A stretch of DNA of 64,000 nt from Ignavibacteriota bacterium (GTDB taxonomy: Bacteria; Bacteroidota; Ignavibacteria; UBA10030; UBA6906): assembly GCA_963801355.1 (NCBI GenBank), contig CAWDEM010000004.1:352001-416000 (forward strand), in the 5' to 3' direction. Under the pieces are notes generated by a model that worked only from the letters and a program-made list of their open reading frames with translations, made no database searches and had not been told where the DNA came from. The position numbers and the translations under genes were made by a program. Numbering within the stretch: the stretch's first letter is position 1; each line of letters opens with the position of its first letter. Of the stretch, positions 46,795-54,841 are shown one piece after another.

Positions 46795-47786
46795 GCGCGC
46801 GCCCTCCTGAGAATCTCGTTGGTCAGATTCAAAATCGGTTGGGTGCTGCGATAGTTCTCTTCGAGCGTGATGATAGTGCAGCCGGGGTAGTCTTCGGGAA
46901 ACGTGAGGATATTCCGCACAGTCGCACCGCGGAAGGAGTAGATAGCCTGGGAGTCATCCCCTACCACCATCACATTGCCATGCTGCTGCGAGAGCAGCCG
47001 CACAATGTCCGCCTGGATGCGATTGGTGTCCTGAAATTCGTCCACCATGATGTATTTGTAGCGCTGTGCGAGCGTCCGCCGGACATGGTCATTGTCCCGC
47101 AGGAGTTGCCGGAGATACAGCAGCAGGTCGTCATAGTCCATCAGGTTGTGTTGTGCCTTGTATTCTTCGAAGGCACGCTGCAGGGCTGTGATGTCGTTCA
47201 GGAGTTCCTCGAAGTGCGGGTACTCTTCGTGCAGGATCTCTTTGATGGGCGTTGCCGTATTGACCGCCTTCGAAAAGATATCATAGAGAGTCTGTTTTCT
47301 TGGAAAACGCCTTTCACGCGTGTCCAGTTTCAACTTTGTACGCAGGAGGTTGACGACATCTTCCGCGTCGGACTGATCGACGATGCTGAAGGAGGAATCG
47401 AACCCGATCAATGGAGCGTATTGTCGCAGGACAAGGTTTGCAAACGAATGGAACGTCCCGCCGGCGACTTTCTCGCACCGGGCATCCAGGAGCATAGAAG
47501 CACGACGGAGCATTTCCTGTGCGGCGCGCCGGGTGAACGTGAGCAGGAGAATCGATTCGGGGTTCACGCCGAGTTCAACGAGATAGGCGACGCGGAAAGT
47601 AATGGTCCGTGTTTTTCCGGTGCCAGCGCCCGCGATGATCAGGTGGGGTCCGTTCGCCGAGGTGACCGCGGCGTATTGTGCCGGATTCAGTTCGTTCCGG
47701 TAGTTGATGCGAAATTGCCGGGGCGGTTCCGTCGGCACAAGGTCGACCGGCTGCTTCTTGAGGACGTATTTCTTGGCGTCGGTCAC
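46791..47786 (-). CDS. uvrD: UvrD/PcrA-family helicase, N-terminal half (domains 1A/1B)
   Basis: LNPAQ Q-motif, AGAGTGKT Walker A, TFTRRAAQEM, TFHS, DEFQDTN Walker B, VGDDSQAIYSFRGA and LEENYRSTQPIL. Ends NEILRRARA*. Confidence 0.92.
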   Translation of the reverse strand: MTDAKKYVLKKQPVDLVPTEPPRQFRINYRNELNPAQYAAVTSANGPHLIIAGAGTGKTRTITFRVAYLVELGVNPESILLLTFTRRAAQEMLRRASMLLDARCEKVAGGTFHSFANLVLRQYAPLIGFDSSFSIVDQSDAEDVVNLLRTKLKLDTRERRFPRKQTLYDIFSKAVNTATPIKEILHEEYPHFEELLNDITALQRAFEEYKAQHNLMDYDDLLLYLRQLLRDNDHVRRTLAQRYKYIMVDEFQDTNRIQADIVRLLSQQHGNVMVVGDDSQAIYSFRGATVRNILTFPEDYPGCTIITLEENYRSTQPILNLTNEILRRARA

Positions 47787-48787
47787 AGCTTCTCTACCGG
47801 ATAGCTGTCCAGAATATCCAGAATGGCTTCGATGGTTTTCGGCGAATTGCCTTCGGCGCGATTGTTGATGTAGGCGTAGAGTTTCTTCCCCTCCCGGGCG
47901 CAGCGGATGGCGGCTTCCGCAACGCCGGAGCGTATGGCGGGATTGACTTCCTTGATCGTATCGTACGGCTGGAAATATTCGACCGCCTCCTGATAGGTAC
48001 GGCCGGGTTTGAGCAGCGCGCGGATGACAGCAAAGGATGCCGGCAGAATATCCGCGCTGCCGATCTGTTCCTGAATCCCCGGCATCCTGGTCCAGCTGTT
48101 GAGCACATGCGCAATACCGTGGCTCTTGAGCATGGCAAGATAGTCCGGTGTCAGGAATTCGCTGTTGCGGATTTCGACACTGTAGGTGTACTCTCCCGGG
48201 ATCTTTGCGAAGAAGGCATCCAGCGCCCGGATGAAGACGGGCAAGGTCACTCCGGAATCCCGGGAAAAAGTGGAGAACTCAAAGATGATTGCTCCGCATT
48301 TCTGCCGTAATGTACTGACCGGGCCAAGAAACTGATCGGCAAAAAGTGAAGGATTCAGAAAATCGGTGTTCTCTTTTCCCGCATGAGCGCCATAGCGCGG
48401 CAGATTTGGATATCGCTTCACGGTGATGCGGTCGGTGACCTTGAGTGCGATGCTGAAGTGCTCCGGAGTCTGATCGTGCATCAGCCCCAGGGCCTTCGCA
48501 GAGGGGAAATCGTAGAGCGCGAAGTCAGCGCATACAGTAGGAAACAGGGTTGCGTATTCTGCGAGACAGGTCTGTTCGAACACGCGTTGTGAGGGGTAGG
48601 GGCGGTTGTAGACGATTCCCTGCCATCCGGGGTATTTCCAGGATGACGTGCCCAGCAGGATGCCGCGCTCGGCCCAGCGGCGAAGCCGGCCGGCATTGGA
48701 ACGGGCATAGGACGACAGAGGGGGCTCAGCGCCCCCTGTCTCGAACAGCGGCAGTTGTGTGCCGCGCGGGAGTTTGTGTACACGCAC
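47783..48787 (-). CDS. DUF72 (YecE/UPF0759) family protein
   Basis: GTSSWKYPGW.G..Y, L.EYA..F.TV, K....IT, VEIRN and YINNRAEG. GTG start inferred; GTGA overlap with uvrD-N. Confidence 0.88.
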   Translation of the reverse strand: MRVHKLPRGTQLPLFETGGAEPPLSSYARSNAGRLRRWAERGILLGTSSWKYPGWQGIVYNRPYPSQRVFEQTCLAEYATLFPTVCADFALYDFPSAKALGLMHDQTPEHFSIALKVTDRITVKRYPNLPRYGAHAGKENTDFLNPSLFADQFLGPVSTLRQKCGAIIFEFSTFSRDSGVTLPVFIRALDAFFAKIPGEYTYSVEIRNSEFLTPDYLAMLKSHGIAHVLNSWTRMPGIQEQIGSADILPASFAVIRALLKPGRTYQEAVEYFQPYDTIKEVNPAIRSGVAEAAIRCAREGKKLYAYINNRAEGNSPKTIEAILDILDSYPVEKL

Positions 48788-48809
48788 CTCGACCCGCCCT
48801 TCCCGTTGG

Positions 48810-49568
48810 TTATCCTCCCAGGTGCACGCCGGTGAGCACGGTGAACACGGACCAGACAATCCAGAGTGCAAACACCAGCACCAGCACCTTTGGCAGATGG
48901 CGCTGGAAGAGTTTTGACAGCCCGATGCTCACGACGGTGAGATCCCAGATAGTGAAAACATTCGCTTTTGACAGCGCCATATGCAGTTTGTTCTGGAGGT
49001 CGTAGTTGGACACAAACAGGGCGAGATTGGGTCCTGCGAACAACGAATCCATACCGTACTGTAGCAGCGTTGTCGCGACGGTTTCCAGGATGCTGATGTA
49101 GAAAGTCAGGCCGACGACTTCGACGACTTTCATATACGGGGCGCTCGCGTTCATTCCCCATTTGCCGAGCAGCCAGTACACCAGGGAAAGCAGGAACAGG
49201 GCGACCGGGGTAACGAGGGTAACGCCGACAGCCGATTGGATGCGGAAGATCATGGAATCCGGCCGCATGAACTCTGTCGCTTTTTCAGCCTGCTCGGCGG
49301 TCATTTTCCCTTGTGCCACGGCTTCATCGATGCTTTTCGTCATCAACGAGGCCATCTGATCGACGAGAGACGGGTTCGTGAGGATAAGCTGGTTCAAGAG
49401 CACGGCGATGAGGATGAACAGCAGCATCGGCACCAACCAGTTGCGTGTGGTTTTTCCGGTCAGCCGGACATTGTCGAACAGTTCTCCCGGTGCCGCAAAA
49501 ATATTCACGATTTGTTCGGTGATAGACATTGGCGCTACTGTTGCGCCGGGGGCGGTGGACTCTTCCAT
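48810..49568 (-). CDS. YIP1-family membrane protein
   Basis: IF.APGELFD...W..P motif, five hydrophobic segments, N.FTIW...V..IGL. Confidence 0.75.
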   Translation of the reverse strand: MEESTAPGATVAPMSITEQIVNIFAAPGELFDNVRLTGKTTRNWLVPMLLFILIAVLLNQLILTNPSLVDQMASLMTKSIDEAVAQGKMTAEQAEKATEFMRPDSMIFRIQSAVGVTLVTPVALFLLSLVYWLLGKWGMNASAPYMKVVEVVGLTFYISILETVATTLLQYGMDSLFAGPNLALFVSNYDLQNKLHMALSKANVFTIWDLTVVSIGLSKLFQRHLPKVLVLVFALWIVWSVFTVLTGVHLGG

Positions 49569-49604
49569 GGGGTGGCCTTCTCTCTGTGTAAGGGACGACA
49601 CGCA

Positions 49605-49633
49605 AAGATAGGAAACGGCGGATCGATATTCAA
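49605..49633 (-). promoter_or_regulatory. Leftward promoter for the YIP1-DUF72-uvrD operon
   Basis: On the minus strand TTGAAT-N17-TATCTT. The -10 also reads TATCTTTG, matching the Bacteroidota TAnnTTTG element. Confidence 0.5.
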
Positions 49634-49642
49634 CATAGCAAC

Positions 49643-49690
49643 ACGACAAATTTGTTGTATCGGGTATTGACACAACGACAAAAATGTCGT
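49643..49690. promoter_or_regulatory. Two palindromic operators ACGACA-N4-TGTYGT
   Basis: ACGACAAATTTGTTGT (49643-49658) and ACGACAAAAATGTCGT (49675-49690), 32 bp apart, each followed by ATCG. Confidence 0.7.
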
Positions 49691-49695
49691 ATCGT
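49667..49695 (+). promoter_or_regulatory. Rightward sigma70-type promoter of the PolB2 cassette
   Basis: TTGACA (49667-49672)-N17-TATCGT (49690-49695). Operator 2 fills the spacer. Confidence 0.65.
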
Positions 49696-49722
49696 TGTAT
49701 TGATGAACATTGCGGGGTACAT

Positions 49723-50463
49723 GTGAACAGCACAGCACTTGTCGAGCAGTTTTGTGCAGCACCGCCGGGCAAGCTCTATTGCGTGCATGGCAGCAGCGGT
49801 GTATTCCGGCTCTCACTCATGGCCGCGGGCCATGCGCTGGTGCACGGTGTGCCGGTCACGCTGGTGGATGGGAGCAATCGATTTGATCTGTACGGCCTGG
49901 CGGAATTTGCACGGCGTGCGGTGGGGAGGGAGGGAACACCGGAACAGGTGCTGCGCAATATCTTTATCTCCCGTGCCTTCACCTGTTATCAGATGGAAGC
50001 GGTGCTCACCGAACGCCTGCCGGCATTCGTCCGTGCAAAGCAATCGCCGGTGGTGTTGATTTTCGGACTGCTGGATACTTTTTACGATGAGCAAGCACCG
50101 TTGTTTGAGGTGCGCAACTCCCTGGAGCGGATACTCCGCGCGCTGTACGCCTTGCGCGATGAAGGCGTTGCGTTGCTGTTGGCCTCCACCGACATCCGTC
50201 CGGCCTCATCCGCACGCGCTACGCTGTTTCCGCGTCTGGCGGGAGGGATGGACCGGGTATACCTGCTGACCGAAGAAGCGGATGGACGGTGGTCCTTGGG
50301 AAGAGACGATGGAGAATGGAGAATCCACAATCCGCAATGGAGAACGGAGGGAATACATGGGACGAACCGTACCGACATTCACGATGGTGCTCCAGCAGGA
50401 ATTGGAAAGCTGGTCCAAGTTCCGGCGGGGGTTACGCAAAGAAGATCAGGACGCGCTGGATGA
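49723..50463 (+). CDS. Inactivated RadA/RecA-like protein (iRadA / ImuA-like)
   Basis: LVDGSNRFDLY and L.NIFISRAFTCYQM are Rad51/RadA-like, but there is no intact Walker A GKT. LLDTFYDE present. GTG start after gcgggg. Confidence 0.75.
   Translation: MNSTALVEQFCAAPPGKLYCVHGSSGVFRLSLMAAGHALVHGVPVTLVDGSNRFDLYGLAEFARRAVGREGTPEQVLRNIFISRAFTCYQMEAVLTERLPAFVRAKQSPVVLIFGLLDTFYDEQAPLFEVRNSLERILRALYALRDEGVALLLASTDIRPASSARATLFPRLAGGMDRVYLLTEEADGRWSLGRDDGEWRIHNPQWRTEGIHGTNRTDIHDGAPAGIGKLVQVPAGVTQRRSGRAG
50308..50349. repeat. Heptamer tandem repeat (AATGGAG-like x6)
   Basis: gatggag-aatggag-aatccac-aatccgc-aatggag-aacggag. It ends at the RBS of the next gene. Confidence 0.6.
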
Positions 50464-50644
50464 CCTCTTCCGTGCTGCCCGGTTGCAGCTGGCCGGCAGC
50501 GCCTATGCCGCTCGTCCGATTCCGTTCGAAAGCATGGTCATGGCCATGCTGGTCGCCCAGCAACGGCGTATTGCGGCCCTGGAGGCACAGCGTGCACGTA
50601 CCGCATTGCCCGTGGACGGTGCTGCTGTCGTTCAGAAGGAATGA
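50357..50644 (+). CDS. Small PolB2-associated helical protein (arCOG07300/PPB2-like)
   Basis: MGRTVPTF......E...W..FRR.LR.ED...LD.LF..AR.......P..FE....ML..Q signature, RBS ggaggg, and position between iRadA and PolB. Confidence 0.8.
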   Translation: MGRTVPTFTMVLQQELESWSKFRRGLRKEDQDALDDLFRAARLQLAGSAYAARPIPFESMVMAMLVAQQRRIAALEAQRARTALPVDGAAVVQKE

Positions 50645-52936
50645 ATGATGCTGACCGGCTGGCTCTTCGATATGTACCCTTCGTCGCACGGGATCACGCT
50701 CTGGTTCATTGATACCGAGGGGCGCAAGCACCGCGCGTATGACCGGTTCACACCGTCATGTTATTTGCACCTGACGGAACGGGATACCGACCGCGTTGCC
50801 GCACTCCTGCGTGCATTTCCCTTCCCGATTCACCTCAGCCGGGAAACACGGCGGGAGGTGTATGCCAACCAGGATTGGGATGTCCTCCGGCTTTCCATCG
50901 GCAGCACGCTGCACTTCAAGAAGGTTATTCAGCGGTTGGAGCATCACCTGCCGCATTTTGTGTTCTTCAACTCCGATATTGCCCCGCAGCAGCTTTATCT
51001 CTACGAGAGCGGGCTGTTTCCCCTTGCCTACGGCGACTACGACATCACCACGGAAGGGTGGTTGGCCGGCTGGACACTGCATGACGCGGCTGACGCGCCG
51101 GAGTATGTGCTGCCGCCGCTGACGACACTGACGCTCAAGAACCGGCCTGATGTGGTTTCTCCGAAATACCGCAAACTTCTGCAGCTGGAGGTCTCCTACG
51201 ACGGTACCACGTATGCACTGGAGAGCCATGCACCGGAGGATGTTCTTGCTGCACTCGCGCGGCATCTCCAGCGATGCGATCCGGACATCATTCTCACGGA
51301 ATATGGCGATGCTGTCCTCCTGCCGTTGCTGGCACGTCTTGCCGGCGAACACCACATGCCGTTACCGCTCAACCGCGACACCACCATGGGGTACAGCACA
51401 ACTGCACAGTCCAGCTACTTTGCCTACGGCAAGATCGTCCATAGGGATGGGGCCTTTGAACTGGCCGGCCGCTGGCATCTGGATACCGAGAATTCGTTCA
51501 TGATGGGCGAAGCCAGCCTCGATGGTGTTGCCGAAATCGCGCGTCTGACACAACTGCCGGTGCAGCACCAGTCGCGATCCACCATCGGTACCGCATTGTC
51601 TTCCATGCAACTTTCCTGGGCGCACCGTAACGGGTACCTCATTCCGGCGCGCAAACGGGAGCCCGAAGATTTCAAACCGGCGGATCTCCTGCTGCTGGCG
51701 GACCGGGGCGGGCTGATTTTTCAGCCGGAAATGGGATATCACGAGCAGGTAGCAGAGATGGACTTCGTTTCAATGTATCCGACGATTATGGTGGCGCACA
51801 ATGTTTCACCGGAGACAGTGAACTGCCGTTGTTGCCGGAACGAAGCGGTGCCGGAACTACATTACACCATCTGCGAACGTCGCGAAGGCATTGTGCCGGC
51901 GACATTGCGCACGGTGGTGCACAAACGGGGCATCTATAAGAAAGAGAAGAAACGTTTGAAAGCATTGGGCGATGCCCGGTGGACGCTGTATGACCGCCGG
52001 CAAAATGCGCTCAAATGGATGCTGGTCACCTGCTTCGGCTATCTGGGATACAAAAATGCCCGGTTTGGACGTATTGAAGCTCATGAAGCGGTCAATGCCT
52101 TCTCCCGCGATGCCATCCTGCGGGCCAAGGAAATCGCCGAGGGACATGGATTTCATTTCATTCATGCTATTGTGGATTGCATGTGGCTGCACCGGCCGGG
52201 GGCGACCGAAGCTGACTATGAAGCGCTCGCACAAGAGGTAAGCGGCGCCGTCGGCATCGACATTTCCCTTGAGGGCATCTACAACTGGATTCTCTATCCG
52301 TCCTCCAAAATGGATCCCCGTATTCCCACAGCCAACCGCTATGTCGGGTGGTATACGAACAACGAGATCAAAATCCGCGGTATCGAGATCCGGCGCCGGG
52401 ATACACCGGTATTCATTAAGCACCTTCAGGGGGAGATGCTCAAGATCATGGGTGAGGCAAAAGACCTACGGGCGCTTGAAGCGGCGGTGCCGGCAACGCT
52501 CGCCAAGGCGAAGGAGTGGATTGATCTGTTGCGGTCCGGGAGGGCGGATCCGCTGCAGCTTGTTGTGCGCCGCCATCTTTCACAGGAGGCCGGTGAGTAC
52601 GCCAACAGGAGCGCGAATGCCATTGTGGCGCAGGCGCTGGAAGAAGCCGGAGTGCATCTCGCTCCCGGGGAAAGCGTCGAATACATCATCATCGACGCCA
52701 CGGGGAAACGGAACCCGGAGAAAGCCAAAGCGGTCGCGCTCTATTCGCTGGATGACGGCTACGACATTGAAAAATACACGGACATGGCGCTCAAAGCGGT
52801 CGAAACACTGCTGTTTCCGTTCGGCTATGATGCCGGAAAGCTACGTGAACTCTGGTGTCCTGTTCCCCGGCGCACACAGCGCAAGCGGCCGGCAGAGCCG
52901 ATATCGCAGCAGCAGGAACTGTTTTGCTCCGGCTGA
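50645..52936 (+). CDS. Family B DNA polymerase, PolB2-like (degenerate exonuclease, variant motif C)
   Basis: Motif A DFVSMYPTIM, motif B RQNALKWMLVTCFGYLG, motif C AIVDC in place of YGDTDS, NRY.G, and K.RGIE.RRRD. C-terminal QQELF. Confidence 0.9.
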   Translation: MMLTGWLFDMYPSSHGITLWFIDTEGRKHRAYDRFTPSCYLHLTERDTDRVAALLRAFPFPIHLSRETRREVYANQDWDVLRLSIGSTLHFKKVIQRLEHHLPHFVFFNSDIAPQQLYLYESGLFPLAYGDYDITTEGWLAGWTLHDAADAPEYVLPPLTTLTLKNRPDVVSPKYRKLLQLEVSYDGTTYALESHAPEDVLAALARHLQRCDPDIILTEYGDAVLLPLLARLAGEHHMPLPLNRDTTMGYSTTAQSSYFAYGKIVHRDGAFELAGRWHLDTENSFMMGEASLDGVAEIARLTQLPVQHQSRSTIGTALSSMQLSWAHRNGYLIPARKREPEDFKPADLLLLADRGGLIFQPEMGYHEQVAEMDFVSMYPTIMVAHNVSPETVNCRCCRNEAVPELHYTICERREGIVPATLRTVVHKRGIYKKEKKRLKALGDARWTLYDRRQNALKWMLVTCFGYLGYKNARFGRIEAHEAVNAFSRDAILRAKEIAEGHGFHFIHAIVDCMWLHRPGATEADYEALAQEVSGAVGIDISLEGIYNWILYPSSKMDPRIPTANRYVGWYTNNEIKIRGIEIRRRDTPVFIKHLQGEMLKIMGEAKDLRALEAAVPATLAKAKEWIDLLRSGRADPLQLVVRRHLSQEAGEYANRSANAIVAQALEEAGVHLAPGESVEYIIIDATGKRNPEKAKAVALYSLDDGYDIEKYTDMALKAVETLLFPFGYDAGKLRELWCPVPRRTQRKRPAEPISQQQELFCSG

Positions 52937-53081
52937 CATCGTGCGTGGCGCACGCAGCATGACGGATGTGCGACGAAACGCCATCCTGCTGCGATGAGAT
53001 GTGTTTCTCCTGCTGCAGACGACATGGTCATTCGCGTCCCGGCGTCGTCCATGAGATATAAGACACCTCATGGAGGGTACA

Positions 53082-53537
53082 ATGAAAACCCTGTACGTTG
53101 TGTGCGTTGCCGCTGGAATGCTGGCGGCAGAAGCGAGGGGAGGTGGCACGGATCTGGTCCTGAAGGATACGGTGCTGCGCACCTGTGCCCCGGTGGCTGC
53201 ATACCGTGCCATGAATGTCATCCGGTATCAGCCCGCATGCGTCATATCGTTGCGGCACCCGATTGAGGGTGTTGTGGAATGCGCATTGCGGGACGCAATG
53301 TTGCTGAAGATCGCACGGCCCGCCGTCGATGTGCCGGACATCAAAAGGGAAATTGATCAGCTTGTATCCGAGGGCGCCAGTCCGGTGATCCGGTACAAAG
53401 CGTGGCTTGTGAAGCAGGTCTATGAGGAACCCGAGATATTTGCTGATGAAGCCGGCGCGAATTTCTACACTGCGGAAGAGGCGTTCACCGCGGTTGCCCG
53501 GAGGCTTGAGCAGCGCCTGCTGATCGCGCGGCAATAG
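53082..53537 (+). CDS. Secreted hypothetical protein (HEAT-like helices)
   Basis: RBS ggaggg, signal peptide MKTLYVVCVAAGMLAAEA, and GVVECAL / IRYKAWL segments. Confidence 0.6.
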   Translation: MKTLYVVCVAAGMLAAEARGGGTDLVLKDTVLRTCAPVAAYRAMNVIRYQPACVISLRHPIEGVVECALRDAMLLKIARPAVDVPDIKREIDQLVSEGASPVIRYKAWLVKQVYEEPEIFADEAGANFYTAEEAFTAVARRLEQRLLIARQ

Positions 53538-53576
53538 CCGGTGGCTGCAGCCATTGCGATAATCAACCCGACGGCA

Positions 53577-54824
53577 TCACGCCGAACGGTTCTGCAGCGC
53601 GGACGGTGTCCGGGGCGAGGAGAGGAGCTCGCGGAAGAGCTGCCAACGTCGCCCCGGATTGTCCGGCGTGCCCCCGCGGCTCTCGATCGCCTGCTGCACA
53701 AGATCCTGGCCGAGGTTGTAGTTGATCACGTAGCTCCGGTACTTGTCGAAGAAATGTGTGCGTTGCCCGGCCCTGTCAGGCGACATCAGTGCGTAGTGCA
53801 CCAGCCATCGCGCCGCCTGCTCCCGTGTGATCCGGCCGTCAAGATATCGCCGCGCGGCTTCATTACCCGCGTAGGCAAGACGTTGGAACAGCGCATGCAC
53901 CGCGTAGTAGTGCTCCGCCTCCGCCGGATTGAGACCGGCAAGTGGAAACAGGACATCTCTCTCAAACGCAATCCGCTCGCGATCCGGGAACGCCATCATG
54001 ATGCCAAAGTTCGCCGTCCCTTCTGCTACAAGTGACTGCGGGCTGAAAAGCGCGTAGACCGTAAACTCCCGCCATCCACGCCCGCGGGCGAGAACCAGCT
54101 CAAGCATACTGTTGTACACGTGGTGTCCCGGGTATCCCTCGTGACAGGCAAGATCCACCGCCCGGTCGATCGTGATCGGGAAATCCACGTTTACCTGGAT
54201 GACACTCGTGGCATTGCCTTTGTACCAGTTGTATCCGCTCCATGATTTGCCGGTAACGTATTCCACGGTGAACCGTTCGCCGGGAGGCAGGGGCAGGTGC
54301 ACGGCGCTCCGTGCCCGTCCCTCCGCAATTGCGGCGTTGAAGACTGCAGACACGTTCTCCGGCGGAATGACGAAACGTTGTTTGAAACGCTCATAGCGTT
54401 CGTGGACCTCGCCGGATCCGGGGAGGAGATTTCCCACGTTGTTCACGAGTGACACAAAATGCTCCTCGGAATACTCCGGCGGCTGCACAGTATACAGCGC
54501 AACAGCCTCTTCATCGAATGAATAAGGCACGCCCTGCAACATCCGCGTCCGTGCAACAACGGCCGCGATCTGGTGACGGAGATACTGCAGGCGAAGCAGA
54601 TCCATGGCGTCTCCCGCCGCCGTCGGCGTTGCATCCACTGCGGCGAGAAGCGCGCTTCCCCGTTCATTGATCAGCGCCAGCCCCTGATGTTCCCGCCCCG
54701 CCTCAACCAGCCAGTCATCGGGGCCAAAATACGCATCGACGTAGTCGGCATCGTGCTGCCCGAGAGCAAGAACAAGGCGCACATAGCGCTCGGCAATCTG
54801 ATCGAGGTCATGAAGGGTGGGCAT
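53577..54824 (-). CDS. DUF885-like putative zinc metallopeptidase
   Basis: HEGYPGHH motif, downstream AEGTAN glutamate, WSGYNWY.G and SYVINY. RBS aggag. Confidence 0.7.
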   Translation of the reverse strand: MPTLHDLDQIAERYVRLVLALGQHDADYVDAYFGPDDWLVEAGREHQGLALINERGSALLAAVDATPTAAGDAMDLLRLQYLRHQIAAVVARTRMLQGVPYSFDEEAVALYTVQPPEYSEEHFVSLVNNVGNLLPGSGEVHERYERFKQRFVIPPENVSAVFNAAIAEGRARSAVHLPLPPGERFTVEYVTGKSWSGYNWYKGNATSVIQVNVDFPITIDRAVDLACHEGYPGHHVYNSMLELVLARGRGWREFTVYALFSPQSLVAEGTANFGIMMAFPDRERIAFERDVLFPLAGLNPAEAEHYYAVHALFQRLAYAGNEAARRYLDGRITREQAARWLVHYALMSPDRAGQRTHFFDKYRSYVINYNLGQDLVQQAIESRGGTPDNPGRRWQLFRELLSSPRTPSALQNRSA

Positions 54825-54841
54825 AGCATTCTCCTGTGCCG

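Noticed and set aside
45891-46796. CATGA at both junctions as a target-site duplication or excision site
   Set aside because: Recombining the two copies leaves GCA TGA, an in-frame stop, so the helicase is not restored. The match is explained by the two ATGA overlaps.
45890-46799. Insert in uvrD as an intein, self-splicing intron or IS element
   Set aside because: There are no Cys/Ser...His-Asn intein ends and the insert is out of frame. The HMT CDS fills the whole insert, leaving no room for a ribozyme. No transposase or terminal inverted repeats.
49643-49695. Mini-CRISPR or attachment site
   Set aside because: Only two imperfect 16-20 bp units with a very short spacer, overlapping promoter elements, and no cas or integrase gene. 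An operator pair fits better.
50645-52936. Prophage- or casposon/pipolin-borne polymerase
   Set aside because: No structural, integrase or cas1 genes, no terminal repeats and no obvious compositional shift. The flanking genes are chromosomal and the partner genes match the cellular PolB2 operon.
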